Positions 16,338 through 24,106 of a DNA stretch of 34,530 bases are shown here, piece after piece. A model generated the notes under the pieces. It searched no databases. It was not told where the DNA came from and was given only the letters and a program-made list of their open reading frames with translations. The DNA is taken from assembly GCA_025935275.1 (NCBI GenBank), contig JAICVP010000001.1:1-34530 (forward strand). The letters are read 5' to 3'. Source of the DNA: Thermoleophilia bacterium. Its GTDB lineage: Bacteria; Actinomycetota; Thermoleophilia; Gaiellales; Gaiellaceae. Made by a program: the position numbers and the translations under genes. Every line of letters starts with the position of its first letter. Position 1 is the first letter of the stretch.

Positions 16338-16526
16338 CGTGATCCGCGAACTGCCCTAGAGCAGTCGCGACATAGGAACGAAGGAGCCGGGGCTGTAAGG
16401 AGGAGTTCGGTCACGCCCTAGTGCCGTTGAGCCTGCCCCGGCTCCGTCGTCTCGTCCCTCTCAGTATCGGCCTTTCCCGCGCGCTGTCGCGTTGATCTTC
16501 ATAAACGCTAAGCGGAAGGGCCCGGA

Positions 16527-17903
16527 GTGCCGATTTCCCTTGGTGAAATGCGCTTTCGGCTCTTCACACTCTGCTTTGCGGGGGCCGCGGCGGGCCTGAC
16601 GGCTGCCGCGAGCCTCATCCCGGGCTTCACCCTCGCGTACTCGAGCCCCCAGCTCCATATCGCGCTCGAGACGGCGACCGCGCTCATCTCATTCCTCGTC
16701 GCGTTCCTCGTGTACGGACGTTTTCGGGAGCGGAAGCGGTTCGACGACCTGATGCTGGCCTGCGCCCTCGTGATCATCGCGTCCACGAGCCTTGTCTTCT
16801 CGGCGCTGCCGCACACGGTGCCGGCTGAAGGCTCGAGGAACTTCAGCGTGTGGGGATCGGTCGGCGGCGCGGTCCTCGGCGCCTTCACCCTCGCGCTCGC
16901 GGCCTTCGCTCCCAGTCGGCGCGTCGCCTCGCAGCGCCGGGCGACCGTTCTCGGCGCGCTCCTCTGCGCGGGCGCTCTCATCGCCACCGGGTCGATCGTG
17001 GCGCTCTTCGCGAACGGCGTCGACCCGGACATCCCGCTCAGTCTCTCGCCGGAGACGTCGCACCGCCCGATTCTGCTCGGGCAGCACTTCTTGCTCGGGA
17101 CGCAGGTGGTCGGCGTGCTTCTGTTCGCCGTCGCGGCGCTCGGCTTCATCCAGCGTGGCGAGCGCGACAACGACGAGCTCATGCGCTGGTTTGCGGCCGG
17201 CGCCGCACTCTCTGCCTTCGCGCGCTTCAACTACTTCCTCTTCCCCTCCCTCTACTCCGACTGGGTCTTCACCGGGGACTTCCTGCGCCTGGGCTTCTGC
17301 CTCCTTCTCCTCGCCGGCGCCGCGCGCGAGATCGGGAGCTACTGGCGCCGGCTCGCGTCGCTGGCCGTCCTCGAGGAGCGCCGCCGGATCGCCCGTGAGC
17401 TCCACGACGGCGTCGCGCAGGAGCTCGCCTACATCGTGGCCGAGTCCAACGGCTCGCTCGCGGCCGCTGCCGAGCGTGCACTGGACGAGTCGAGGCGCGC
17501 GATCGCGGCGCTGACGCGGCCCGTCGACGAGCCGCTCGAGGTTGCTCTCGTGCAGGCCGCCGAGGAGGTGGCGGGCCGCGTCGGTGTCCAGCTCCGCATC
17601 GAAGTCTGCAAGGGAGCCCAGGTCTCGCCGGACGAGCGCGAGGCGCTCATCCGCATCGTGCGAGAGGCGATAACAAACGCGGGGCGCCACGGCGGTGCCG
17701 AGAACGTCTCGCTCGAGCTGTCGAACGGCAACGGCACCCTGCTTCGCATCGCGGACGACGGCACCGGGTTCGACCCCGGCCACACGAGGGTCGGCGGGTT
17801 CGGGCTCGTGAGCATGCGCGAGCGCACGGAAGCCCTCGGAGGCCGGTTCAAGCTCTCCTCTGAAGCCGGCGAGGGCACGCGGATCGAGGTTCGGCTGCCG
17901 TGA
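16527..17903 (+). CDS. Membrane sensor histidine kinase (HisKA_3 / NarL-partner type)
   Basis: About 6-7 N-terminal TM segments, the H-box RRRIARELHDGVAQEL, and an ATPase region (NAGRHGGA, DDGTGF, GFGLVSMRER). The start may be GTG 16527 or ATG 16548. Confidence 0.85.
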   Translation: MPISLGEMRFRLFTLCFAGAAAGLTAAASLIPGFTLAYSSPQLHIALETATALISFLVAFLVYGRFRERKRFDDLMLACALVIIASTSLVFSALPHTVPAEGSRNFSVWGSVGGAVLGAFTLALAAFAPSRRVASQRRATVLGALLCAGALIATGSIVALFANGVDPDIPLSLSPETSHRPILLGQHFLLGTQVVGVLLFAVAALGFIQRGERDNDELMRWFAAGAALSAFARFNYFLFPSLYSDWVFTGDFLRLGFCLLLLAGAAREIGSYWRRLASLAVLEERRRIARELHDGVAQELAYIVAESNGSLAAAAERALDESRRAIAALTRPVDEPLEVALVQAAEEVAGRVGVQLRIEVCKGAQVSPDEREALIRIVREAITNAGRHGGAENVSLELSNGNGTLLRIADDGTGFDPGHTRVGGFGLVSMRERTEALGGRFKLSSEAGEGTRIEVRLP

Positions 17904-18544
17904 GCGAGCGCATCCGCATCGTCATCGCTGACGACCACGCTCCGACGCGTGCCGGGATCCGCACGGTGCTCGAGGAGGACGGGTTCGAGGTCTGCGGCGA
18001 AGCGGCCAGTGCGGACGCCGCGGTCGAGCTCGCCCTCGAGGAGCGCCCGGCCGTCTGCCTGCTCGACATCAACATGCCAGGCGGCGGGATCGCAGCGGCC
18101 GGCGCAATTTCGGAGTGTCTGCCGGAGACGGCCATCGTCATGCTCACCGTGTCACGCGACGACGCCGATCTCTTCGACGCGCTGCGCGCGGGGGCGGCCG
18201 GGTACCTCCTCAAGGACATCGAGCGCCGCCAGCTGCCCGCCGACCTCCGTGGCGTGCTCGCGGGTGAGGCGCCTCTCCCCCGCGCTCTCGTCACCAAGCT
18301 GATCGAGGAGTTTCGCGAGCGGGGGCGCCGACGCAAGGTTCTCCTCGCCGAACGGCCGGGAGTGCAGCTCCGCCAGCGCGAATGGGAGATCCTCGAGCTC
18401 CTCGCCGAAGGGCTCTCCACGGCGGAGATCGCTTCGCGGCTCTTCATCGCCGAGGTGACCGTGCGGACGCACGTGTCCTCGATCCTCAAGAAGCTCCGCG
18501 TGCCGACGCGCGAAGCGGCCGTCGAGCTACTGCGCGGCCGATAG
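17900..18544 (+). CDS. NarL/LuxR-family response regulator
   Basis: Receiver domain IRIVIADDH...LLDINMPGG...LLKD, and LuxR HTH LSTAEIASRLFIAEVTVRTHVSSILKKL. GTGA overlap with the kinase stop. Confidence 0.9.
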   Translation: MSERIRIVIADDHAPTRAGIRTVLEEDGFEVCGEAASADAAVELALEERPAVCLLDINMPGGGIAAAGAISECLPETAIVMLTVSRDDADLFDALRAGAAGYLLKDIERRQLPADLRGVLAGEAPLPRALVTKLIEEFRERGRRRKVLLAERPGVQLRQREWEILELLAEGLSTAEIASRLFIAEVTVRTHVSSILKKLRVPTREAAVELLRGR

Positions 18545-19642
18545 ACGGTCGACGCCGGTCTGCTTCGCCCGCTCGAGGGCGGCCTCCGCACGCTCTCGGA
18601 ACCCGCTCGCGTCGTCTTCGGCCCGCAGCTCGACGAGCCCCGCGTGGAGGCGGACTCCGTCGGCGCCGGTATCGACCCTGCCTCCGAGCGCGCACTGCAC
18701 GCGGCGATGGAGGCGCTCGGCGTCCGCCTCGGCGGCCTCAGGGAGGATGACGGCGAAGCGCTCGTCCCCGAGGTGGCTCGCGATGTCCGTGGCGCGCACG
18801 GCAGCACGGATCCGTTCGGCGGCGGCGACGAGGTCTCCCCCTTCCCCCTGCTCCAGGTCGAAGACGAGGAGTCCGAGGCGCCGGTCGTAGCGCCGCGCCC
18901 GTGCAAGCTCGAGGCGCAGGCGCTCGTCGAAGTAGCGCGCATTGTGGAGACCGGTGACGTGGTCGGTGTCCGCAAGACGGCGGGCTTCCGAGAAGAGCCG
19001 TGCGTTTTCGAGCGCGGGGCCGAAGACGCGCGAGAGCTCCTCGAACAGCTCGAGCTCGGAGTCGGAGAGCGTCCGCTCCACACGCCGCCAGAAGATTGCG
19101 AGCGTGCCGATCCGGTCCTCGTTCTCGCCGAGGAGCGGGACGGCCAGGCCTCCGCTCAGACGGAACTCGTCATTGCCTGCCTCTTCCGGGGTGTAGAGGT
19201 AGCTCAGCCGGACAGCGCGCGCCCTGCCCCCGTTGGGCGGGAGGCCGATGAGCTCGCGCGTGGACTCCTCCTCCGAGAGGCCGAAAGCAGCGGTGATGGG
19301 CTCCCCCTCCTCCTGGCGCAGGACGATCATCGCCGCGTCGGCGCCGGTCAACTCGCTGACCGCCTCCAGCGCCCGCCGCAGCGCGGCGTCGAGGTCGAGC
19401 GTCGCCCCGAGCTCTCCGAGCAGCGCCACGCGGCGCCCTTCCTCTTGGGCGTCCGCGAGCGCGGCGCGGATCTCCCTGACGAGGCGCTCCGTCCGGGCGG
19501 TCGACTCCTGTACCGCCGCGATCTCCCTTTTGGCGGCGCGGCGCCAGCGCCAGAAGAGGACGATGCCGAGGGCGAGGAACAGCGCGGCCAGGCCGAGCGC
19601 GCCCGCGCTCGTCCAGGTTGCGCTTTCATCTGCGAAAGTCAT
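18527..19642 (-). CDS. Membrane-anchored GAF + degenerate GGDEF protein (I-site retained)
   Basis: I chose the start at MTFADES (19642), with GGGGAG 6 nt upstream. One TM segment and a GAF-like middle. The GGDEF domain has RATD-IASHL-GDERF in place of RxxD-x5-GG(D/E)EF, and the DxDxFKxxND region is shortened to DLEQGEGGD. Confidence 0.8.
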   Translation of the reverse strand: MTFADESATWTSAGALGLAALFLALGIVLFWRWRRAAKREIAAVQESTARTERLVREIRAALADAQEEGRRVALLGELGATLDLDAALRRALEAVSELTGADAAMIVLRQEEGEPITAAFGLSEEESTRELIGLPPNGGRARAVRLSYLYTPEEAGNDEFRLSGGLAVPLLGENEDRIGTLAIFWRRVERTLSDSELELFEELSRVFGPALENARLFSEARRLADTDHVTGLHNARYFDERLRLELARARRYDRRLGLLVFDLEQGEGGDLVAAAERIRAAVRATDIASHLGDERFAVILPEAAEADAERLHRRVQCALGGRVDTGADGVRLHAGLVELRAEDDASGFRERAEAALERAKQTGVDRLSAAQ

Positions 19643-19826
19643 CCCCGGCTCCCCTCGATTGCGCCGCAGAAAGGCGAGCTTCAGTCGCACAATAGGGCGG
19701 ATTTTGCGAATTACCACCAGGCGGCAGCCTTCGCCGGATGTTTACTTTCGAATCGAGGTTGGTAGGGTTAGGCGGCAGCGCGTCCGGATGCGACCGGCAG
19801 GTCGGGAATCCGGGCGTTTCGACTGA

Positions 19827-20888
19827 ATGGCCGACGAAACCAACGCTCTTCACCACGAGGAGGTCCAGCACCTCCTGGAGCGCGGCGAAGCTGCCGGCTT
19901 CCTCGAGTCAACCGATATTTCAGAGGTGCTCGACACGCTCGAGCTGGATGCTGCCGACGTCGAGCTCGTGCACCGGGAGCTCGAGGAGCGGAACATCGAG
20001 GTCGTCGAGGTCGTCAAGGAGCCCCCGCGTGAGCCCACGGCTCCGCCCAGGGCCTCCGAGGTCCTCGAAACGACCACAGACGCCCTGCAACTCTTCCTCC
20101 GGGAGATCGGCCGCCATCCGCTCCTGACCGCGGCCGACGAGGTCGAGCTGTCGAAGCGCATCGAGCGCGGCGACATGGAGGCGAAGCGCCGGATGATCGA
20201 GAGCAACCTGCGCCTGGTCGTCTCGATCGCCAAGAACTACCGCAACCAGGGCCTCCCCTTCCTCGATCTCATCCAGGAAGGGATGTTCGGGCTCATCCGC
20301 GCGGTCGAGAAGTTCGAGTGGCAGCGCGGCCTCAAGTTCTCGACCTACGCGACCTGGTGGATCCGCCAGGCCGTCGCTCGCGCGATCGCGGACAAGGCGC
20401 GGACGATTCGCGTCCCGGTTCACGTGGTCGAGCGCATGCAGAAGATGCACCGCGCCGAGCGGCACCTGTGGACGCAACTCGCCCGCGAGCCGACCCTCGA
20501 GGAGATCGCGCACGAAGCCGGCCTGCCCCTGCAACAGGCAATCGAGGTCCGGGCCGCCGCGCGCGCCTCCACGAGCCTCGACCAGCCGATCGGCGAGCAG
20601 GAAGACGCGGTCTTCGGAGATCTCGTCGCCGGCGAGGATCCGCTGCCCGAGGAAGAGACCGAGCGCCGCCTCCAGAAGGAAGCCCTCGACCGCGCCCTCG
20701 ACTCGCTCCCCGAGCGCGACCGGCGCGTCCTCGAGCTCCGCTACGGGCTCGGCGGCGAGGAGCCGCACACGCTCGAGCACATCGGCCGCCGGCTCGGCAT
20801 CACGCGTGAGCGCGTCCGGCAGATCGAGATCGAGTCGCTCTCGCGCCTAGCGTCCCTGCGCGAGATCGACGCTGTCGCCAGCCGCTAG
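19827..20888 (+). CDS. RpoD-like sigma-70 factor (groups 1/2) with a region-1.1-like N-terminus
   Basis: [93 protein letters not shown], and region 4 [19 protein letters not shown]. Confidence 0.9.
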   Translation: MADETNALHHEEVQHLLERGEAAGFLESTDISEVLDTLELDAADVELVHRELEERNIEVVEVVKEPPREPTAPPRASEVLETTTDALQLFLREIGRHPLLTAADEVELSKRIERGDMEAKRRMIESNLRLVVSIAKNYRNQGLPFLDLIQEGMFGLIRAVEKFEWQRGLKFSTYATWWIRQAVARAIADKARTIRVPVHVVERMQKMHRAERHLWTQLAREPTLEEIAHEAGLPLQQAIEVRAAARASTSLDQPIGEQEDAVFGDLVAGEDPLPEEETERRLQKEALDRALDSLPERDRRVLELRYGLGGEEPHTLEHIGRRLGITRERVRQIEIESLSRLASLREIDAVASR

Positions 20889-21575
20889 CCCGGCCAGCGC
20901 GCTTCCGTCGAAGAGCCTTCGGGCTCCCTCCCCCACCCGCGACTCCACGAGCCGGTAGGCGTCGTCGAGGATGGCCGGCCGCGCGGTTCGGTGCCCGTCG
21001 GAGCCGAAGAGGTCGACCAGGTCATCTCCGAGGAGCCGCCAGGCCGTCAGCTCAATGGCCGCCCCGTGGTAGCCGAGCACGCTCGTCGCGTTCATCTGCA
21101 GGAGCCAGCCTCGCGCGCGCAGGCCCGCAGCGAGCCCTGGATCGTCGACAACGGCCTCAGAGCGCTCAGGATGCGCGATGACAGGCACCAGTCCGGAACC
21201 CTGTATCCGCTCTCCGAGAGCCTCAGCGAGGCGTAGGGAGCCGTGGAACGGCAGCTCCATCAGGACGGCGGGCAGATCGCCCAGCCGGTAGCGCCCCAGG
21301 TCGTCCTCGAGGAGCGCCGGCGCCGGGGTCAGCTCGAAGCCGAGCCGAAGGTCGAGGCCGAACGCCCTTGCCTCCGCAGCGAGCTCGGAGTGGGCCGCGA
21401 GTATCCGCTCCTCGCGCTCCTCGGTGAGTACGAGGCTCGGCCAGATGTGCGGCGTGGCGAAGAGGACGCTCGTGCCGTGCCCGCTCGCCGTCCGGCAGAG
21501 CGCGATGCCCTCCTCCAGGCTCTGTGCCCCGTCGTCGCCGGACGGGACCACGTGGGACTGGACGTCCCAGAACAC
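20847..21575 (-). CDS. PHP-family (CpsB/YwqE-like) protein-tyrosine phosphatase
   Basis: [22 protein letters not shown]...LFATPH...VIAHPERS...GSDGH parallels the YwqE N-terminus MIDIHCHILPGxDDG. The first His is Gln here. GTG start 20 nt after the upstream sigma stop. Confidence 0.75.
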   Translation of the reverse strand: MFWDVQSHVVPSGDDGAQSLEEGIALCRTASGHGTSVLFATPHIWPSLVLTEEREERILAAHSELAAEARAFGLDLRLGFELTPAPALLEDDLGRYRLGDLPAVLMELPFHGSLRLAEALGERIQGSGLVPVIAHPERSEAVVDDPGLAAGLRARGWLLQMNATSVLGYHGAAIELTAWRLLGDDLVDLFGSDGHRTARPAILDDAYRLVESRVGEGARRLFDGSALAGLAAGDSVDLAQGR

Positions 21576-21595
21576 CTACGAGACGCTACCTGCGG

Positions 21596-22573
21596 CTACT
21601 CGGCGCGGAGGTAGAAGCGAAGGTCCGGCGCCGCGGCCTGGAGCTCGCGGAGAGCGCGGGACTCGAGCTGGCGGACGCGCTCGCGCGTGACCCCGAGCTC
21701 GGTGCCGACCTCTTCGAGCGTCTTCGGGGTCGCCCCGGCGAGGCCGAACCGAAGCTCGAGGACGTGGCGCATGCGGTCGGAGAGCTTGTCCAGGGCGAGG
21801 TGGAGCTCGACGCCGCGCAGCAGCTCGGCCAGGACGAGATCCGGCTGCTCGGCGTTCACGTCCTCCAGCATGTCGCTGTAGATCGAATCGCCGTCGCCCA
21901 CCGGTGTCTCGAGGCTGACGGGGTCCTCGACGAGGTCGAGCAGCTCGTTGACGCGCTTGACCTCGAACCCGCTCTCCTTGGCGATCTCATGCGGGAGTGG
22001 GTCGCGATTCAGCTTCTGCGTGAGCACACGCCGGGCCCGCATGACGCGGCGCACCTGGTCGACGACATGTACGGGCAGGCGAATCGTCCGGCCCTGGTCG
22101 GCGATCGCGCGTGTGACGGCCTGGCGGATCCACCACGTCGCGTACGTGGAGAGCTTGTAGCCCATCTTGTAGTCGAACTTCTCCACCGCCCTGATCAGGC
22201 CGAGGTTGCCCTCCTGGATCAGGTCGAGGAGCGGGACGCCCGAGTTCACGTAGTTCCGCGTGATGGACATGACGAGGCGCAGGTTCGACTCGATGAGCTT
22301 CTTCTTAGCCTCCTCGTCCCCCTCGTCCTTGCGGCGCGCGAGCTCGCGCTCCTCTTGCGCGGTCAGGAGCGGGCCGTCGCCGATCTGGCGGACGTAGAGC
22401 TTGAGCGGGTCCTGCGTGGGACCGGCTACGAGCTTCTCGCGGGCCTCTTCCTTCTCGTCCTCGTCGACCGGCGAATCGAGCGCGGTCGGGTCCGCGACGA
22501 GCCCGAGCTTCGGCTCGTCGGCTTCGGGCTCGGGCTCTGGCTGCGGCAGCTTGGAGACTGGGCGCTGTCCCAC
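21596..22573 (-). CDS. RpoD-like sigma-70 factor (group 2-like, no region 1.1)
   Basis: [91 protein letters not shown], and [19 protein letters not shown]. The start is uncertain. GTG 22573 is the most upstream start that does not run into the divergent amidotransferase gene. Confidence 0.8.
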   Translation of the reverse strand: MGQRPVSKLPQPEPEPEADEPKLGLVADPTALDSPVDEDEKEEAREKLVAGPTQDPLKLYVRQIGDGPLLTAQEERELARRKDEGDEEAKKKLIESNLRLVMSITRNYVNSGVPLLDLIQEGNLGLIRAVEKFDYKMGYKLSTYATWWIRQAVTRAIADQGRTIRLPVHVVDQVRRVMRARRVLTQKLNRDPLPHEIAKESGFEVKRVNELLDLVEDPVSLETPVGDGDSIYSDMLEDVNAEQPDLVLAELLRGVELHLALDKLSDRMRHVLELRFGLAGATPKTLEEVGTELGVTRERVRQLESRALRELQAAAPDLRFYLRAE

Positions 22574-22672
22574 GAGCCGTCTATCGGCCTCGATCGAACC
22601 GGCCTTGAGGCGCGCTACCGAGAAGAGGGATGCGGATCGGAACCGCCGGAGCCGATTGCTATCGTGGTCACC

Positions 22673-23485
22673 TTGTGCGGCATCGCGGGATATAGCCTCA
22701 GCGACTCGAGTCGGGTCGACCCCACCCTCGCAACGCAGATCCTCATGGCCGCGATCTCCGAACGGGGATCCGACGCAGCCGGCTATTGCTACCGGGGGCC
22801 TGACGTGGCGCTCGCGGTCCACAAGCAGCGCTCTGGCGCGAGCCGGCTCCTCGACTCCATCCGGGTGCCCGCCAAGGCGCGACAGGCTCTCGTCCACGTC
22901 CGCGACTACACGAAGGGCCATCCAAGCCTCGAGGCCAACAATCACCCGATCCGGCACGGATCCGTCGTCGGGATCCACAACGGGATCATCAAGAACGACG
23001 AGGAGATCTTCGCGGAGTACGGTTTCGAGCGGGCCGCGCCGCGGATGACCGTCGACTCCGAGGCAATCTTCGCGCTCATGGAGCTCGAGCGGAGTTCGCC
23101 GAAGGCCCTCGACAAGCTCTACGGCTCGATGGCGACGGCGTGGATGGATGAGCGCGAGCCCGAAGTCCTGTACCTCGCCCGTGGAATGGGCCGGCCGCTC
23201 TGGGTCGGCGAAGGGCGCAAGGAGCTCTTCTTCGCCTCGACGAAGGCAGCGCTCGAGCTCGTCGAGAGCTACGCAGGCGTCTCCCTCGTCAGCCGCGAAG
23301 TCTCCGAGGGCACGTTCCTCACGGTGAGCGGCGGACAGATCTCCGGCACGGATTCCTTCCGCCCCGACATGGAGTTCAGCGAGACCCCCCTCCCCGCCGT
23401 GCGGGCTCCCGAGGAACACCGCTCGTGCCTCGCGCTCCTCGCTTCGCTGGCCGCCCCGGCCGCGGCTCGCGCGGCTGCCCGCTAG
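22673..23485 (+). CDS. Stand-alone class II (Ntn) glutamine amidotransferase-like protein
   Basis: The N-terminus (M)CGIAGY with nucleophile Cys, plus HNGIIKNDEEI, are typical of GATase class II. The start is TTG 22673 immediately before Cys, or GTG 22664, which would give a 3-aa propeptide. The rest of track ORF 21524-23485 is antisense to the sigma gene. Confidence 0.7.
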   Translation: MCGIAGYSLSDSSRVDPTLATQILMAAISERGSDAAGYCYRGPDVALAVHKQRSGASRLLDSIRVPAKARQALVHVRDYTKGHPSLEANNHPIRHGSVVGIHNGIIKNDEEIFAEYGFERAAPRMTVDSEAIFALMELERSSPKALDKLYGSMATAWMDEREPEVLYLARGMGRPLWVGEGRKELFFASTKAALELVESYAGVSLVSREVSEGTFLTVSGGQISGTDSFRPDMEFSETPLPAVRAPEEHRSCLALLASLAAPAAARAAAR

Positions 23486-24059
23486 CCAGCCTCCGCTCCA
23501 CCTTCCGCAGAAACGCCGCCCAGGCGCCCTTGCGCGCGCCGAACAGCCGGTAGACCTGCCACTCGCTCGGGAGACTGGCGTCTCGGGCCCGTTCGCGCGC
23601 CCAGTCCTCGAACGTCGGCAGGCGCCGAAGCCTCGTCGCGATGCGCACGCCCTCCTCCACGGCGCGATCCGAGCGCTCCTTCGTAGCCGGAACATCGAAG
23701 CCGGCTGCCCGGAGTGCGGCGCGGAAGGAGCCGAATGCCTGCCAGTAAAGCGACTTCGAGGGCATCGACCGGCGCCTCGTCACGAGGTCCGCGCCCGTCG
23801 GAGTCCTCCCCAGCTCCTGGCCGAGCTCCCGGAGCTGCAGCAGGAGCTCTTCACGCGTCGCGAAGCGCCGCGCGACGAGCCCGGCCCGCCGCTTGGCCCG
23901 GTTCCAGCTTCCGAAGCGCGCCACGATGGTCTGGGGGTGCGGCTTCGCCCTGGGATCCAGTGCGAACTCCCGCATCGTCGGGGAGCGACCAAGTCTTCTC
24001 GCGCAGCCCCGGAGCTCCCTCAGGAGCAGCTCGTCCGTGTATCGCTGCGACCGGGCCAT
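23376..24059 (-). CDS. Protein made of three homing-endonuclease-associated repeats (HEAR), no nuclease domain
   Basis: Repeats: YTDELLLRELRGCARRLGRSPTMREF...PQTIVARFGSWNRAKRRAGL; TREELLLQLRELGQELGRTPTGADL...FGSFRAALRAAGF; and a third, weaker copy. The low-complexity C-terminus overlaps the convergent gene, so the true 3' end is uncertain. Confidence 0.6.
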   Translation of the reverse strand: MARSQRYTDELLLRELRGCARRLGRSPTMREFALDPRAKPHPQTIVARFGSWNRAKRRAGLVARRFATREELLLQLRELGQELGRTPTGADLVTRRRSMPSKSLYWQAFGSFRAALRAAGFDVPATKERSDRAVEEGVRIATRLRRLPTFEDWARERARDASLPSEWQVYRLFGARKGAWAAFLRKVERRLASGQPREPRPGRPAKRGARGTSGVPREPARRGGGSR

Positions 24060-24106
24060 GGCGGTCGCCGCAAAGGATAGAGCAGGCTAGACCGCCCGCA
24101 AGAGGC

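Noticed and set aside
16689-19765. ORFs 16689-17783(-), 17848-19083(-) and 18644-19765(+)
   Set aside because: They are antisense to the kinase, the regulator and the GAF-GGDEF gene, and have no motifs.
21524-22672. N-terminal 383 aa of the 653-aa plus-strand ORF
   Set aside because: This part is antisense to the sigma factor gene and is low complexity. The recognisable amidotransferase begins at the Cys encoded at 22676.
22574-23695. Upstream extension of the sigma ORF to 699 aa
   Set aside because: The extension is antisense to the amidotransferase and R/G-rich. Sigma homology begins only near 22500.
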